From positions 1-64,000 of IMG/VR virus record IMGVR_UViG_3300020438_000007: 64,000 nucleotides of DNA; one strand, given 5' to 3'. A program made the translations under genes and the position numbers. The notes beneath the pieces are model-generated. The model was not told the DNA's origin and ran no database searches. It saw nothing but the letters and a program-made list of their open reading frames with translations. This document shows, piece after piece, positions 63,993 through 64,000 of this stretch (its first letter is position 1; every line of letters starts with the position of its first letter).

Positions 63993-64000
63993 AGACCTAC

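Noticed and set aside
1-64000. tRNA genes, CRISPR arrays, IS elements, integrase or reverse transcriptase
   Set aside because: None seen. Intergenic gaps are short and are accounted for by promoters, terminators, micro-ORFs and the two structured leaders.

Overview
A 64 kb segment of a T4-like cyanophage (cyanomyovirus) genome, AT-rich and almost entirely coded on the minus strand, with one plus-strand block at 28.2-36.9 kb. From left to right: (1) photosynthesis genes: the start of psbD, psbA with a structured pseudoknotted leader, and three hli genes followed by unannotated micro membrane proteins; (2) a small outer-membrane protein behind a ~170 nt structured RNA (manA-like); (3) a ~13 kb glycan cluster (GT25, three GT11, GT10, GT2/7, two methyltransferases, a GDP-mannose 3,5-epimerase-like enzyme, epimerases and a nucleotide-sugar dehydrogenase) that also contains nadE and a stand-alone nitrilase-family gene; (4) 2OG-Fe(II)/JmjC oxygenases, a peroxiredoxin, an orphan Phd-like antitoxin, a GIY-YIG nuclease and a phosphomannomutase; (5) large basic modular proteins that look like capsid-targeted polyproteins cut by the prohead protease; (6) fibre genes, a subtilisin, a fibre ending in a blue-copper-like domain and three exported proteins; (7) nrdB, nrdA, primase, a halogenase-like gene, a thermonuclease, PTOX, an HxGH nucleotidyltransferase, mazG, gp41 helicase and uvsX. 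The most striking unexplained signals are these. First, CCWGG and CCGG occur almost only with a 5' G or a 3' C, which suggests restriction avoidance shielded by an overlapping GC modification. Second, there is a family of T4 internal-protein-like polyproteins. Third, NadE, the nitrilase and the nucleotidyltransferase may form an NAD module. All calls are by eye, with no database searches, and all counts are hand counts.
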